64,000 nucleotides of DNA from Balanoglossus misakiensis (lineage: Eukaryota > Animalia > Hemichordata): assembly GCA_040954595.2 (NCBI GenBank), contig CM082590.2, positions 8,370,001 through 8,434,000 of the forward strand, read 5' to 3'. Shown one piece after another: positions 25,201 to 42,850 of this stretch (position 1 is its first letter; each line of letters opens with the position of its first letter). The notes below the pieces were generated by a model, which was given only the letters and a program-made list of their open reading frames with translations, made no database searches and was not told where the DNA came from. Made by a program: the position numbers and the translations under genes.

Positions 25201-26527
25201 ATATGTTAATGAGCCTCCCCATATACCCGATATGTGCATTTTAATACTATATTTAAATAGCAATATACTGCAGAATCCAATTCTTAGACTACTTGTACTG
25301 ATCATATGTACTTACCTATGCATGGCGATGGGATGCTGTCTCGATCTTCTTTGTGATAACCGTCACAACACCGATAAGCCCTGAAGAAGAAAATATTAAC
25401 ATTGGAATTAATAAATTAAAAAATGTATCTGTCATCTTAGGATAAGGTGAATACTGAATTATTTTGTCGATGAAGATATGCTATGAGTGGCAGCTATTGG
25501 GGCTTTAAGGTTTGTTAAATGAGCATTCGTTATACAGAAAGTACTAGCTGTGTTCATGATCGTGTCAGTAAGACATATCATCGCTTCTGCGAGTGAGAGA
25601 CACAAGGTTCAGCATGGGGAGTGTTTACTTGACCCAACGATCCACCTCAGTGATTATCACAGTCTGCTGCAAATTGTATGTAGGACAACCTGCATACACT
25701 AAATATATGTTGTGTTTGAGCTGTGTGTGCAGATATAACAATACACATCACCTTTGTGAATATGTTACGGTTATACCTGTGTGTTAAAATTTCATAGGTG
25801 TGTGTTTTGTTGCACAAAGACAGATTTTCCCAAAACAATTACAGTCATGCTTGCGGACAAGCAGACAAAGAAATAACTATATTGGACAAGCTGGCAGACA
25901 GGTGGCTAGTTGGTTTCACAGCCGTAGGATTCATAGTCAGACAGACAATTAAATTGCCTGACACTGACAGTCCAGTACGTAAATAATAAACCAATAGACA
26001 CAAGCAGTTGGTAAAGGCAATTTAACATTTTTTACATTAGAAATCTACAAGTAACACTAGATTTCAGTGTTCCTGTTGCTTTTCAATCATTGAAATAAAA
26101 AAGGTAGAGTCAGTCGTGTGTATCGTTTAGCCTCAGGGTATTTTTGTCAAAGCAAACGTAAATGTATGATACAATGGTTAATAGATAACTTCATGAGCCG
26201 TATTTGTAGCATATCAGCCAACGTCACTATACATTTCAAATATTTGGTTTACAGAAATAGATTTGAACGAAAACTGACAGCTGTTTGTAGATTAGATCAC
26301 ACAATCTCAGGAAACCGGGTCTGGCTTCAGTAATCAACTCGAGGTGTCTCCTTGAACAGAACAAAGGTTACGGTTACAGGTGCTACTCACCATTCACTGT
26401 CTGAGATCTGATACCACGGACATGCGTTAGGGCTGTCCGGGAGAGCGCGGCCGGGCTGTGCGATCGTCAGCCCAAAATGTGACACACAGTAGACTACCAA
26501 AAGCATTGACGTGATAATTTTCTCCAT
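22146..26527 (-). CDS. Multiple-EGF receptor C with short tail (~446 aa)
   Basis: Exons 26391-26527 (signal peptide, PDSPNAC), 25316-25380 (AYRCCDGY), 24195-24996 (EGF array), 23672-23766, 23201-23339 (TM VIVVAVAVGVFVAVIVLVAVIACMV), 22443-22501 and 22146-22189 (ends APSTV-stop). Total 1341 nt, in frame. Confidence 0.85.
22239..22355. repeat. (GAT)n / (GATAGT)n microsatellite
   Basis: Seen directly; intronic in receptor C. Confidence 0.9.
22713..23133. mobile_element. TTAA-flanked non-autonomous DNA element
   Basis: Terminal inverted repeat TTAAGGATGTACG ... CGTACATCCTTAA. Confidence 0.55.
23950..24173. mobile_element. TTAA-flanked palindromic MITE (AGGG...CCCT ends, Kolobok-like), abundant family
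   Basis: TTAAAGGGACAAAGTCTCT..GCTGCCCTTTTTCCATTA at the left end and its reverse complement at the right. Further copies or halves occur at ~1155-1260, 28584-28753, 28865-29042, 30555-30780, 33150-33460, 52503-52720 and 60550-60894. Confidence 0.75.
25078..25245. repeat. 43-bp minisatellite x4 in intron 2 of receptor C
   Basis: Unit approximately ATGAGCCTCCCTTTATACCGGATGTTGGCATTTTAATATGTTA. Confidence 0.75.
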
Positions 26528-28337
26528 CGCGAGTTTGTCATTCAGGCCCGTCCGACGCGAGTATCGGGAGAGATGTGAGGGGGGACAGGCTGTTGTTAGA
26601 CTCTAGTACCCCATATCCGGGTGGTAAAGTCCACCTGTCCATATAGAGAGCTATACTCATAGCTCGCACAATGGCGGGATATAGTGTGGGCGTGATTTAT
26701 CTGAGTTTCTATATGTAGTAATTCATTGACTGGAGGAGAAACCTTGTTCTTTATTGTACGGTAGTCATTGTTTCAGTTGTTTAAGTTTTGGTTTCTATAC
26801 GACAGCTCAGAATGTTTGCCAATGCACAAAATCACGCTCCTCATACATTTGCACAAGAAAAAAGATCAATTTTCACCGTCCTTTTCGCGTTGGTAATTTA
26901 ACACTATTAGATCAAAATACACACACAAAGTCAAGAGCTGCTTTCCTCCTTCATATTAATCTAAATCCATGCTATGGTATTCTGACTGTTTCATGTGTTT
27001 ATTTAAACAATGGTGAAGGGCCCTGTACAACCACGATTGCCTGTAAACATATGTGTACACAGGGCAAGTGTTTTATCAGGGCAGTCATATAAGGATGTTT
27101 GTTCAATGCAATTGTGTCAGATAGAGGCTTGGATAGCCAGAGTTGTTCAGCAAGGACATCAAAAATGTCCACAGAAATTCCCTCTTGTTAAATAAATATG
27201 TGATTACCTGAAACAAATTTGTCCTCATTATTTGGGTTTTATGTTAGTTTCTTCTGATGACGTGTTCTTGATGTTCTGTTCGATGAAATATGCGACTCTA
27301 CTTATCACGACTTTACCTCACACCCTGTATATGGACATAAGGTCTGAATACTAGATGAAACAATTTATATAGAACTATTGTAAATCTCCACTGTTTTACT
27401 ACAGGGCTGACGCACCAATGGGTATGCTGAAAACACCACCACCAAAAATGGAAATGTTACTTTGACGTGATAATGAACAAGAATGATCACTTTATATGAT
27501 TCATGGTTTCGTTATTAGTTTCGCTACAGAACTGTGGTTTCGCATACTATAGAAACTGTGTCATTGAGGGGATTTCCGTTATACCGGCAAATTTCCATTA
27601 TCCCTCACAATTGCAGATGATTAACCACTTCAATGTACGGAACTCTAGTCAATGTTTAATGTACATGTAGTAATATTTGCCCATATATTAATTAAGTCAT
27701 TATACATTCATACGTACGTACGTATGAATGTATAATGACTTACGTACGTACGTACATAAATACATACATACATACATACTGTATCTGCATGTATACATGT
27801 GTGAATTTATATAGGTTGTCAAACTCATGTCAGCTAGTACGCCCTCTGACGATCAGTTGCTTCAACCTGCCACCCTACTGACCAAGTTTTATCGGTCGTG
27901 TTCATCTTTATTTAATACAGTATTACTTACAACACCTTCCATTCTGTGTGACAGGGCTAGTATACTGGCAGCCATAACAACAGCCCTGCCATATGCACAG
28001 ATTTAAGGTATGTCAATTGCTATGCAAACATGCTGTATGTTATTCTGTGCCAATTAAACAATATATCTGACCTAGAAATCAGGTTAAAGTGCAGGCTTAT
28101 TCGGGTCAGTCCAAAGTCGTTTCTTTAAAAGATAAAGGCTTGTGTTGCTATGAGAGACATCGTGTACTGATTTGTAAACGCTCTTGGATTTATAAACTGT
28201 CACTGTGTCAGTGACCTTTCTGGACCCTGAAAGTGGACGCTTTATTGGTTGTGTGAGCACATTGTCAAACTTTACACACGTTGTCAGACGTCTCACAGAG
28301 CCAGCTCTTACATAACTCACTCGCAACGGCTAACAGT

Positions 28338-33127
<4,790 letters not shown>

Positions 33128-33149
33128 TTTACCTGGCTAGATATGGCAA

Positions 33150-33460
33150 TTAAAGGGACAAAGTCTCTCTCTCGCTGCCCATTTTCCATTAAAGGGACAA
33201 AGAATCAACATTCAACCACACACAAATTCCATCCCGTTTGTAGGATATGAGAGTAAAAATCTTGCCGAAATGAATAAACGGTAGAGAACGATTATTCATT
33301 TTGGCGAGCTTTTCACTCTCGTGTCTGCAAGTGGGATGGAAGTTGTGTGTGGTCGAAAGTTGATTGACTATATATCCACATGTAGAATAACATAAACGGT
33401 GTCTTGTATCAAACATTATTAATGGAAAAGGGCAGCAAGAGAGAGACTTCGTCCCTTTAA
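33150..33460. mobile_element. Kolobok-like TTAA MITE ~20 nt after the CYP stop codon
   Basis: Same terminal inverted repeats, with a duplicated left end (TTAAAGGGACAAAG appears twice). Confidence 0.7.
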
Positions 33461-35759
33461 GATATGAGACACCATCAATGCAACCACTGGCGTATTTTAC
33501 TCAATTGTAACCCAACCATACTAGAAAACACCTTATCTACATCTGTGCTTTTTTCTTGGTGTTAGAAAGTGTTTTTGAATGTAAAATGACAGCCTTAAGA
33601 TTTTGACTTTATGCCTTCGAACCACAAATGCTATTTACAAAATTGATAAACATGCGAAGGTTTTACCCGCAACTTTAATGACACTCATTTTAAATGTAGA
33701 TTCTACCCTAACTTGACCTGAGCGTTGCCAAAGAGAGTTCAATACCCTTAATTGTGCATGCAAGCTATGAGCCTACCAGGCTTGCTGAGAAAAGTGACGT
33801 CCAAGCAGGTGACCCCATCAAGTCTATTACAGGAACATGTATGAACTTCTGTTGGTTGTAATTAAGCTATATTAGTTAGTTAGTGTCAAGGCAGGGTCAG
33901 TGATGTTTTGCAACAACACCTGCCATTGATATACACACATTCTGTATCAATTGAAGTGTTTAATCTGCACTTGTATTCCAGGGGTCATTTTCGTTCCCAC
34001 AGATGTTAAATCATTTATGTACTTAATGATGCAATTTGTTTTGCAATAAACATTCAGTAATGGGTTAACTTGTACATTCTTGTCACAAGCATGAGTCACC
34101 ATTTGCCTGGAGTTGTGAGAGTTGGTAAAACATTCGTTGGAGATCGCGTCTAATTTGAATCACACCATCATTTGTACACAGAAAATCAGAAATCAACATG
34201 GTTGATTGTTATCCTGTTCACTGAAGTCTGAAACATCTGAGAAGACTGACATTAATATGACAGTTTGACCCTTTCAAGCCTGGCTTTCTGGGAACGTATC
34301 TGAATTTCTCCTATATATAGGATATCCGGTCACAAAGGGTTAAATTGCGTTTCCCCCAAAAACCTAAACAAACTGGCCTTGTTTTCGCGTCATTCGTTGC
34401 CGATGGCGACAAGCTATGGAAGGGCGCCCTCTGTGTGAGAAAGTCGTATTGATCCATCTGGAGGAATACTTAACATTACACATGCGCTGATTAGCCTGCA
34501 TTAATTGCTTGCTTTTTGTTTGATACGGACAAAGCATGCTGGGTCACCACTCTGACAAGAAGAAACGGTCATTCACAGCTGAGGTAAGTGGATGGGTTTC
34601 TGAAAATCTATATTTCACATTCAGTTTCTTTATTATTTGTTGCCGCTGTTCAGTCCTGTGTTAAACACTTAATTTATTTCAGTGGAAACATTACTAAAGC
34701 CACAATTTTAAAACTACAAATACTTAAAGGTGGTAGCCTGTTAGATTCCCCAATTGTCCTAACATTCTTAGAATTATATTATTTACAATTTAAACAACGT
34801 TTCAAATGTTGGAAAGACAAATTTGACCTTAAATATTTTACAAACAAGTGGTAAATTTTACTCAGTTTCCTACACTCAGTCAAAGTCATACAGTACACAT
34901 AAATTTTAGATGTTCCGTTTGCATGACCAGGATTGATTAATGGTTTTCAAGTAATTTTTCTTTCTAAATCAGTTTTTCTGGATGGAAACAAATATTTTTC
35001 GGTATTATACATTTTGACAAAACATGATTAAAATTCATAGAAAGGCTTTTCCGTAGATATAGACATCAGAGAAAACATCACCACAAACCCTGCTGGTAGT
35101 CAGTGATTACCATGACAATAGCAGTCCTAAATCCTGTGGTTTTTATTCCACAAAACATTTTTTCAGCCATTTAAGGGATTATATCACAAAGCGAGATTTG
35201 TACATGTAATATTTGTGCACGTCTAAATTGGCATGTAGATCTGGGTAAAATATTAATTTGACGAAGAAAATTGTGATTAAAAATATGTTTTCACAACCGC
35301 AGAAGTTCATGACGTCATGCCTACCAGTAAAAATACATTTTCTGTGTACTTGTTTAGAAGGTTTAATAGTACATATAGCTGGGTCATTCTAACCTTCACG
35401 TGTCCTTCCCGATTTTACAAACACCGCGCAAAATATTTTGGTACGAGGTATTTTGGTTACTGTATTGCAAAGCTGGTACAAGCATAAACCAATGGCAATG
35501 GTAGACATGGACTTACTTCGGCCAAGGTTAATGTGAACTTACAGTCAAGGTTAAGCACCAGGTAATTAATGGATAGTTCTATAGAGACATTAATGACATA
35601 CATTGTTTTGTGTATAACACTAATTACACACCTTCATGCTATAAAGTCTTGATTAATTTATTCATTTTGGAGCAAGGATTGACTGTTAATTGAATTTAAA
35701 TTAAGTAAATGAGAACTGGATAAAATTACTTCCTACCAGTCTTAATCGCAACCAGTACA

Positions 35760-35934
35760 TACTGTAAAACACTTTATTTTCATAGCGTGAAAAAAAAAAG
35801 TCGCGTAATTTTTTTTAAAGATACACGATGCAGTGAATGAAATAAGAGAACACAAAACTTAATACTCGCGAAACAGTGGCCTCTCTCGATATCGCAAAAA
35901 TTTCAACTCCCGAAAATAAAGTGTTTTACAGTAG
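35760..35934. mobile_element. TA-flanked MITE with TACTGTAAAACACTTTATTTT termini
   Basis: Terminal inverted repeats TACTGTAAAACACTTTATTTT / AAAATAAAGTGTTTTACAGTA. Further copies lie at 40033-40226 and 43754-43965. Confidence 0.7.
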
Positions 35935-36596
35935 GTACACACTTGCATCAGCTAAATAAGTTCTCTGCTTACTGTACAATATGGCAATGTAAAGTTTTGG
36001 TTACACAGATTGTTTTCATTAACTCTCACGTGACATTTATAGATAATCGCCATCTGCTCAACAGTATATATAACCTAACCATACAGAACAGCGGGTAGTT
36101 TCATTACTGTGTGTGGGTAATGTAAAAATAGAAGTGTGTTATACCATATGGTTATACTAAACGTACTTTAGCAGTCTTGGCCGGGTGTCACCAGCCAGTT
36201 CGATAGATGACTTTCCATCTGTTGCGAGATCTTGCAAGACTCTGTTAAGGGTCTTGTCAAAATCAAACAGTAGAGGGGTTATAATACTTGGTGTATCAAT
36301 GTTTTGTAGGACACTCATAATCTTAGCTAAGTACATTAATGTGCTACACGTCAAGCTTTTAGTGTATGTGTGTCTATATCTTGAATAGGTGCAGAGCTTA
36401 TAACCAAAGTTGAAACTTTTGCCCCCTTGGGTCCTGTCTAGTATGGTATTGGTACACATTATCCTCAAATATAAACTGCTAAGTCATGTACATGTATTAT
36501 TTATATAAAGTTTTGTCGTTGGTTTTAGTATTGCTAGTGCAGTCACCTTAATACTCGGGAACACACTACTAGAATTTTAATGCACCACCTGGAAAT

Positions 36597-38054
36597 ATGA
36601 CATCCAATGCAAAGCATAGGAAACCTGGAGCTGTGTCCCGTGAGATGGAAGAAGCCATGTTCTTTGAAGCAGTGGAACGAGGAGACACTGAGGCTGTTCA
36701 GCGAATTCTTAAGGTAGCGAATGTCAGAGGTCTTTACCATATCTCAACAAATCTCATCTTAGTTTTCTTCTAAAGTTCTATATGTACAATAATGCAAGAG
36801 AAGTATAGCTTATAATCACAAACAAATTGTTTATCAGTAATGAATCATACGATGTTAAGCTAAAGGTGGAAACAAATATGGGGCAGGATTTGCTCACTAT
36901 TTTTGAAACATCTGACATTACTTTGTGATATTTTGCCAGGAGTCCATTGAGAGAATGCCTCGGGTTTCCACTGCTCGAATTATTGTTTGTGTTGTCAACG
37001 GCAACCGTTCATGTTAACCTGATGTTTGACCTATAAATGGTTTTCTCTTTAAAACCTTCTATCACTTTCTTCATATTTGCGTGGCGTCAGAGTGGAAGGG
37101 TGCATGTTGACCTCATGGTTAAAAAACAGCACTTGCCCTCTACTGCACTGCACATAGCTGCTATACAAGACGATTACCGAATGATACAGTTGCTGCTATG
37201 TCATGGGGCTCAACCTTTAGCAGAAATAACCTCGGACAAAGGTATATGTATATTTTACTATGCAGAAGACACAACCGCCTTAAATCTGCATTAGTGCAAT
37301 ATAGAGTGAAACCTGTCTGAACCGAACACCGCAGGGACTGAAGAAATTGTTCGGTTTGCAGAGGTGTCCTGTTTATAGAGGTTCGTTTAACATGTGGTTC
37401 TATGTCAATGGGACGGGAAAATGTGTTCAGTATAGACAGGTTTCCAGATTAGACAGGGTTCGGTTTAGACACATAAGAAACCTACTGTACAATATGTGAC
37501 TTATGATCAAGTTCGCGAAATCAATTGCAAAACAGTGTCGCAGATGGTAGAACAACACCTTCCCTTTAAGTACATGTACTGCAAAGTGATATTCCTACCC
37601 CCGGGCCAGTAATATTGTACCCACAACTTTTTATACAGGCAACATGAACAATAAATATCTGCCCTAAATACATTGTATATTTCACCATTTCAGGCAAAGA
37701 TGAGGGTATCTTGGAATCCAGGTACAGAATGGCCGTATGTCGTGCACTTTCGAGTCCAGCTTATATCATGTTTTACAGCGAAGATCCAATTTCTCGGACA
37801 TTTGATCTGAGTGAACGATTAACAGCGTTATCTGAGAGGCCAGACAACCGGGATACTTGTAAGGTATTAACCCTTTCACCTCCAGTTTTCTATTTAGTGG
37901 TCCAAGTTTACCATAGAGAACAAAAGGTTTGGACTGAACCATGTTGGTGAAAGGTATTAATTTAAAATCACTGGTAGGCAATGGAAATTGAGGCACTGAT
38001 AGTGGGATTGATTATATTGGTTGTGCTGTTGATGGAGGTTGTGATGGTTGATGG

Positions 38055-38096
<42 letters not shown>

Positions 38097-38112
38097 CGTA
38101 GACGATGGCAAC

Positions 38113-38144
<32 letters not shown>

Positions 38145-40608
38145 CGTAGACGACGGCAACGATGATGATGATGATCTGGACGCAACCTCTGTTTGTTTTT
38201 TTTAAAAAGGAATAAAAGTGTTTTCTCTTCACAGGAATTCTATGACAACTTAGTGGCGAAGTGTAAATCATTGTCATGCAGACTGCTGGAACTCAGTCAC
38301 ACAACAGATGAGGTTCACGCCTTACTGACGGACAACAATGAGACTGATGTACAAAACAGTTATTCTTGCAGTGGTATTTGCAGAGGAAATGGGTATCGTT
38401 TGTTGGAGAGGGCATTAGATGCTGATCACAAAGAGGTGAGAATTTGAAGTTCTTTGGACTACGTCTCATTTACATTTTGTTGTATTCATTAGTGTGTGTG
38501 TCTTCATCATTGTAAATACAGTCGAGCCTGTGGCCAGTCAAGGGACTTTCCTAAACTGGCCTTTATAGACGGGTGGCCTTTATTGACAGGTCAGTTACTG
38601 CTCATGTAAATTGCACAGGGACTGTAACAAAGTGGCCACTATATAGAGGTGGTCACTAACAGATTTTTGACTGTATGGGATTTTTCATTTCCTGAAATAA
38701 AGTTTAATAAAAATAATATAATTAACTGGTTTTTCCCCCTTTGTTTTGCCTATCTGTAGTTCGTAGCTCATCATTATTGCCAGAAGCTGTTAAAAATGGA
38801 ATGGTCCAAAGGACAGCCTATTTGGTCCAAGCGGGGAGGATGGCTGTGGTCTTTGCTGTATGTTATGTATGCTCTCCTTGTGTTTGGGGTTCTTCAAGTT
38901 CCTCTTGGTGTGGTGTACTTGTTTACTCCTTGTTTTCCGGGATGGAGTTTCTTCCGGAGTCCCCAGAGCCGATTCCTCATGAATGCGCTGTCGCAAGCAC
39001 TTTTCCTGTGTCTTGTTCTCGCCTACGACATGGACGCATTCAGTTTGTCGGATTCAAACGAAGCGGAGTTGGATGTTCTGGCGCTGATGATCGCCACCAT
39101 GGCTGTGAGCTTCGTGGTGCGGGATCTGGAAAAAGCCTGCAGGACTGGCCTCTGTGCGTACTTTGGGAACTTTCTGAACATCGTGGACCTAGCAGCTAAG
39201 GTCTCCTTCGCGGTCGTGTACGCCCTCTACAGTTCTTCATCCGAGCTGCGCGACGGCCCCCCATCCATCTACCTCAACACTCTCTCTGCCATTGCTCTTA
39301 TCCTCGCCGGTCTGCGATACTTGGAGAACTTCTACCTCACCGAATTCGTCGGGCCCATGCTGATGCACTTCGCCAACATGACCGGCGACGTTCTACGATT
39401 CCTTTTCATCTTTGCATTCGTCAGTATGACGTTTGTCTTCGGATTACACTATTTATACAACGACGCCAGTGACCAGACATCGTTCGGAGTGTAAGTCTAT
39501 ACCGGGGGGTATATGTCCCTATTTTCATGAACAATAAATTTTCGTGAACTTTGCGAGAGCTAAAAAACGCTATAATATATAATCACCAAAATAATAATGT
39601 GTACCGGTACAAAAGAATGTTTTTCAGATATAAGAGAACGTGAAACTTAATCGTTGCGGAATAGTCACCTCTGTTGATATCACAGAAATTTTCTGTTGCG
39701 AAAATTTCCCATTTTACAATATTTGCCCCAATATATACAGCCTTTTCAATATACACAGCGCACCCTCAAGCAGCCATCTTGAATTTGAACTCAAAGTGAG
39801 GCTAATAGGGAAAATTGACCAATCACACCAAGGGGATTTCCCAACTGGCCTCACTTTGAGTTCAAATTCAAGATGGCTGCATTCGGGAGCTGGAGTCCCC
39901 ATTTTTTCATAATAGTTTGTCCATGGGCAAAACATTTAATGAAGGTATCTCAAAATAAAGTGCGATGACTCACATACAAGATTATTCAGCTAATGAAGTT
40001 GGCGCAATTTACCGGTTTATATTCTGCGCGCATACTGTAAAACACTTTTTTTTCGCGAGTCAAAATTTTCGCGATATCGAGAGAGGCCACTGTTACGCGA
40101 GTATTAATTTTCGCGTTTTCACACATTGTTCTTTCACAACTATATGTACGCGAGTCTATTTTCGCGTGTTTATGGCTCTCGCGTATTTAGCGTAAATGCT
40201 CGCGAAAATAAAGTGTTTTACAGTATCCTGAATTATTTTTTTTTATATCTGACTTCCAGGATTGGGTCGGCTATCGCTGTGCTGCTAGGCACGGTGTTTG
40301 GCAACACTCTGGGAGCAAGTTCCATGGTGGTCGTTCTGCAGTCAAACGATACTGGTGTTACAAGCGATAAAATCGAAGATGTGTCGATGTTCTTTTCGCA
40401 GACGGGTTTCACGTTGTATTCACTATTCTGTTTGATTTGTGTCATTGTGCTTGTCAACCTCTTCATTGCAATCATGTCGGACACATATGCCAGATTGCAA
40501 GTAAGTATCATTTTTCTGTCATTATCATCATCATCATCATCATCATCATGTTCATTTTCATCATCATCATGTTCATTTTCATCATCATCATCATCATCAT
40601 CATCATCG

Positions 40609-40653
<45 letters not shown>

Positions 40654-40661
40654 CTATCATT

Positions 40662-40702
<41 letters not shown>

Positions 40703-40708
40703 TTTCAC

Positions 40709-40762
<54 letters not shown>

Positions 40763-40813
40763 TCTCATCATCATTTTCACCATCATCATCCTCATTCTCA
40801 TCATCATTTTCAC

Positions 40814-40891
<78 letters not shown>

Positions 40892-41804
40892 TACCACCAA
40901 TATCATCATCATTATTATTATTCGTTGCAATATCATACAAAGCTACTTTAATAGGAGGCAAGTTTTAACAATATTTATTTGAAGCATTCAATAATGTCAT
41001 GTGCACTTTCAAAAAATTGGAGAAGTCACCTACTTCTAATTTGATGATTTTGCAAGCTATTTGTTTGACTTCAAGTTCAAAGCCCATGCTTGCAGACTTA
41101 TCCCACCTGAGGAAAATTAATATTCCAAACATATTTTATTCCTCGCCGTGTATATTTCAGGAAGCTGTGGATACTGAATGGAAATTCAAACGAGCAGAAA
41201 TATGGATGAGTTATTTCGGAGCTCCAACACTGGCGCCACCGTTAAACCTGTTGTCGTTTATACCGTTTCTAATCCAGCTCTGCACATCGGAATGCAAACT
41301 GCATCAGAGGGAACCTCCAGCGTCTGGTCAGGTATGGATCTCCAGTGTTTCATCTAGACGGGGGATTTTCACCCCCATTGGCATGTTAGAACCCCCTAGC
41401 AATTTGTCAAGGGGGAACCAGTCCCCCTTAAAATGATGTCACTCACATGTTAGACCCTTGATAGAGTGGAATTCCCCTCAAATATTCTGGCATCTCTATT
41501 AGTACTAGACCTTAGTTGCACTTTATTTTGATAAGAACCTCATTGTATGGTGCGATGCATACGTTGGAATTTTCTCTTGAGTTGAAAGAATCTATTTGAA
41601 ACATTTTATGGCTTACTGCGATTTGTGTCACTATGAATATTTCTTTTGTAGGTGGTGAAGATTCTGAGCAATCGTTTCCTGGAGGTCATTGATCCGAGTC
41701 TGAGGAAATATAGCGATGATGCTTTGAATAATGGCGAGCAAAATGGGGATGAGTCAAACGGAAAAGACAATTTTGCGTTGGATATCGAAGAACCATGGAT
41801 TTGA
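36597..41804 (+). CDS. TRPC: Divergent, compact TRPC-like (canonical transient receptor potential) cation channel, ~644 aa
   Basis: Exons 36597-36713, 37091-37241, 37694-37863, 38235-38435, 38760-39490, 40260-40500, 41161-41331 and 41652-41804 (1935 nt, in frame). Features: ankyrin-like FFEAVERGD and TALHIAA, TRPC linker RALSSPAYI..SEDPI and KEFVAHHYCQKLL, 6 TM segments, S6 LVNLFIAIMSDTY and TRP box EWKFKRAEIWMSYF..TLAPPLNLL. The symbol is family-level only. Confidence 0.85.
38040..38175. repeat. (GAT)n microsatellite in a TRP intron
   Basis: Seen directly in the sequence. Confidence 0.9.
40518..40915. repeat. (TCA)n microsatellite in TRP intron 6
   Basis: Seen directly; begins just after the donor at 40501. 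Confidence 0.95.
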
Positions 41805-42850
41805 ACTTTAGATAATATGAAGCAGATTTCAAAGATCTTGTATGTAATCAAAATCACTTTATGATTTGGATTGTATTCTTGACTATGTTCCATCACAGTG
41901 AACAAAAATGTTACCTAGTGCTGGTTAGACCAGAATTGCCTGTTGGTTTTTATTCCAAAAATAAGTTGATGTGTTTATGTGGCTGTAAATTTAAGTTAGA
42001 GATATTAGAAAACACTTGTACTACAATTATTTTATACCAGCAAAATGTAATTTTTATCTCTCTCAACTGTGGAAAACTAGCCAATGAAATTCATGACATC
42101 ATTTGATTGGACCCCTGATACCTGCACCATCTGGTTAAGGGGTTCCGCCATATTGCACTAAACACTGTGTTATACCCCCGGTACATTCTCAGATTAAGTT
42201 AGGCTGAAAAAAAAAATGATTTCTTCGAAGGTATGGGGTCGTATGCAAATTGTACCAATGTCACCTTGGAAATGGGATCATGATATGTATTTTTATCAGA
42301 TGTTCCAGATGTGTGCATTCACAAGCTTTGACAAATAAAATAAGTGTGTATCGGCACGTATTCACTGATATCAAGAATGTTGTTGTCTGTAACCACTGGC
42401 AAATACACTTCAATTCTATATAAGGGAGTAGCTCAAGACAATACACCATTCCATCGTCTTGCAGAGATCGGGTAAGTTTAGAACTCTACGATATGTATCC
42501 TCTTCATATTTGTAAAATTAATATCTCTGCATTAAGCAATTTCTTGCATTTAGTAATTTCTCTGCAACTTGTGTTAGAACTACTGTATTATCTTGACACA
42601 AATCAGTAAATGACAGAAGAAGCTTTGTATTGAATTGGTTAGGCAATGGGGGAGGTTTTTTTTAGTAATCGCAAAAGTACCATACATTATTCAGCTATAC
42701 ATGAATGGACAGCCAAAACTCAGTCTCTCAACAACACAGTCGAGGGAATGATATATGTAGAGGCTGCGAATCATTGGAGTGACTTCTGGCAATAGTTTTA
42801 AACCTGTCAACATTGATTTACATTTTTTGTCTTTCAGATAAGATTTCAAA

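Noticed and set aside
36940-37017. Possible extra TRP exon supplying the missing ankyrin repeats
   Set aside because: The in-phase translation has no ankyrin pattern and reaches TAA, and the flanking exons already join in frame.
40126-40982. Poly-Ser/Asp/Ile/Met ORFs (also at 22146-22455 and 37957-38277)
   Set aside because: These are (TCA)n/(GAT)n microsatellites; only 40260-40500, 22146-22189, 22443-22501 and 38235-38435 belong to real exons.
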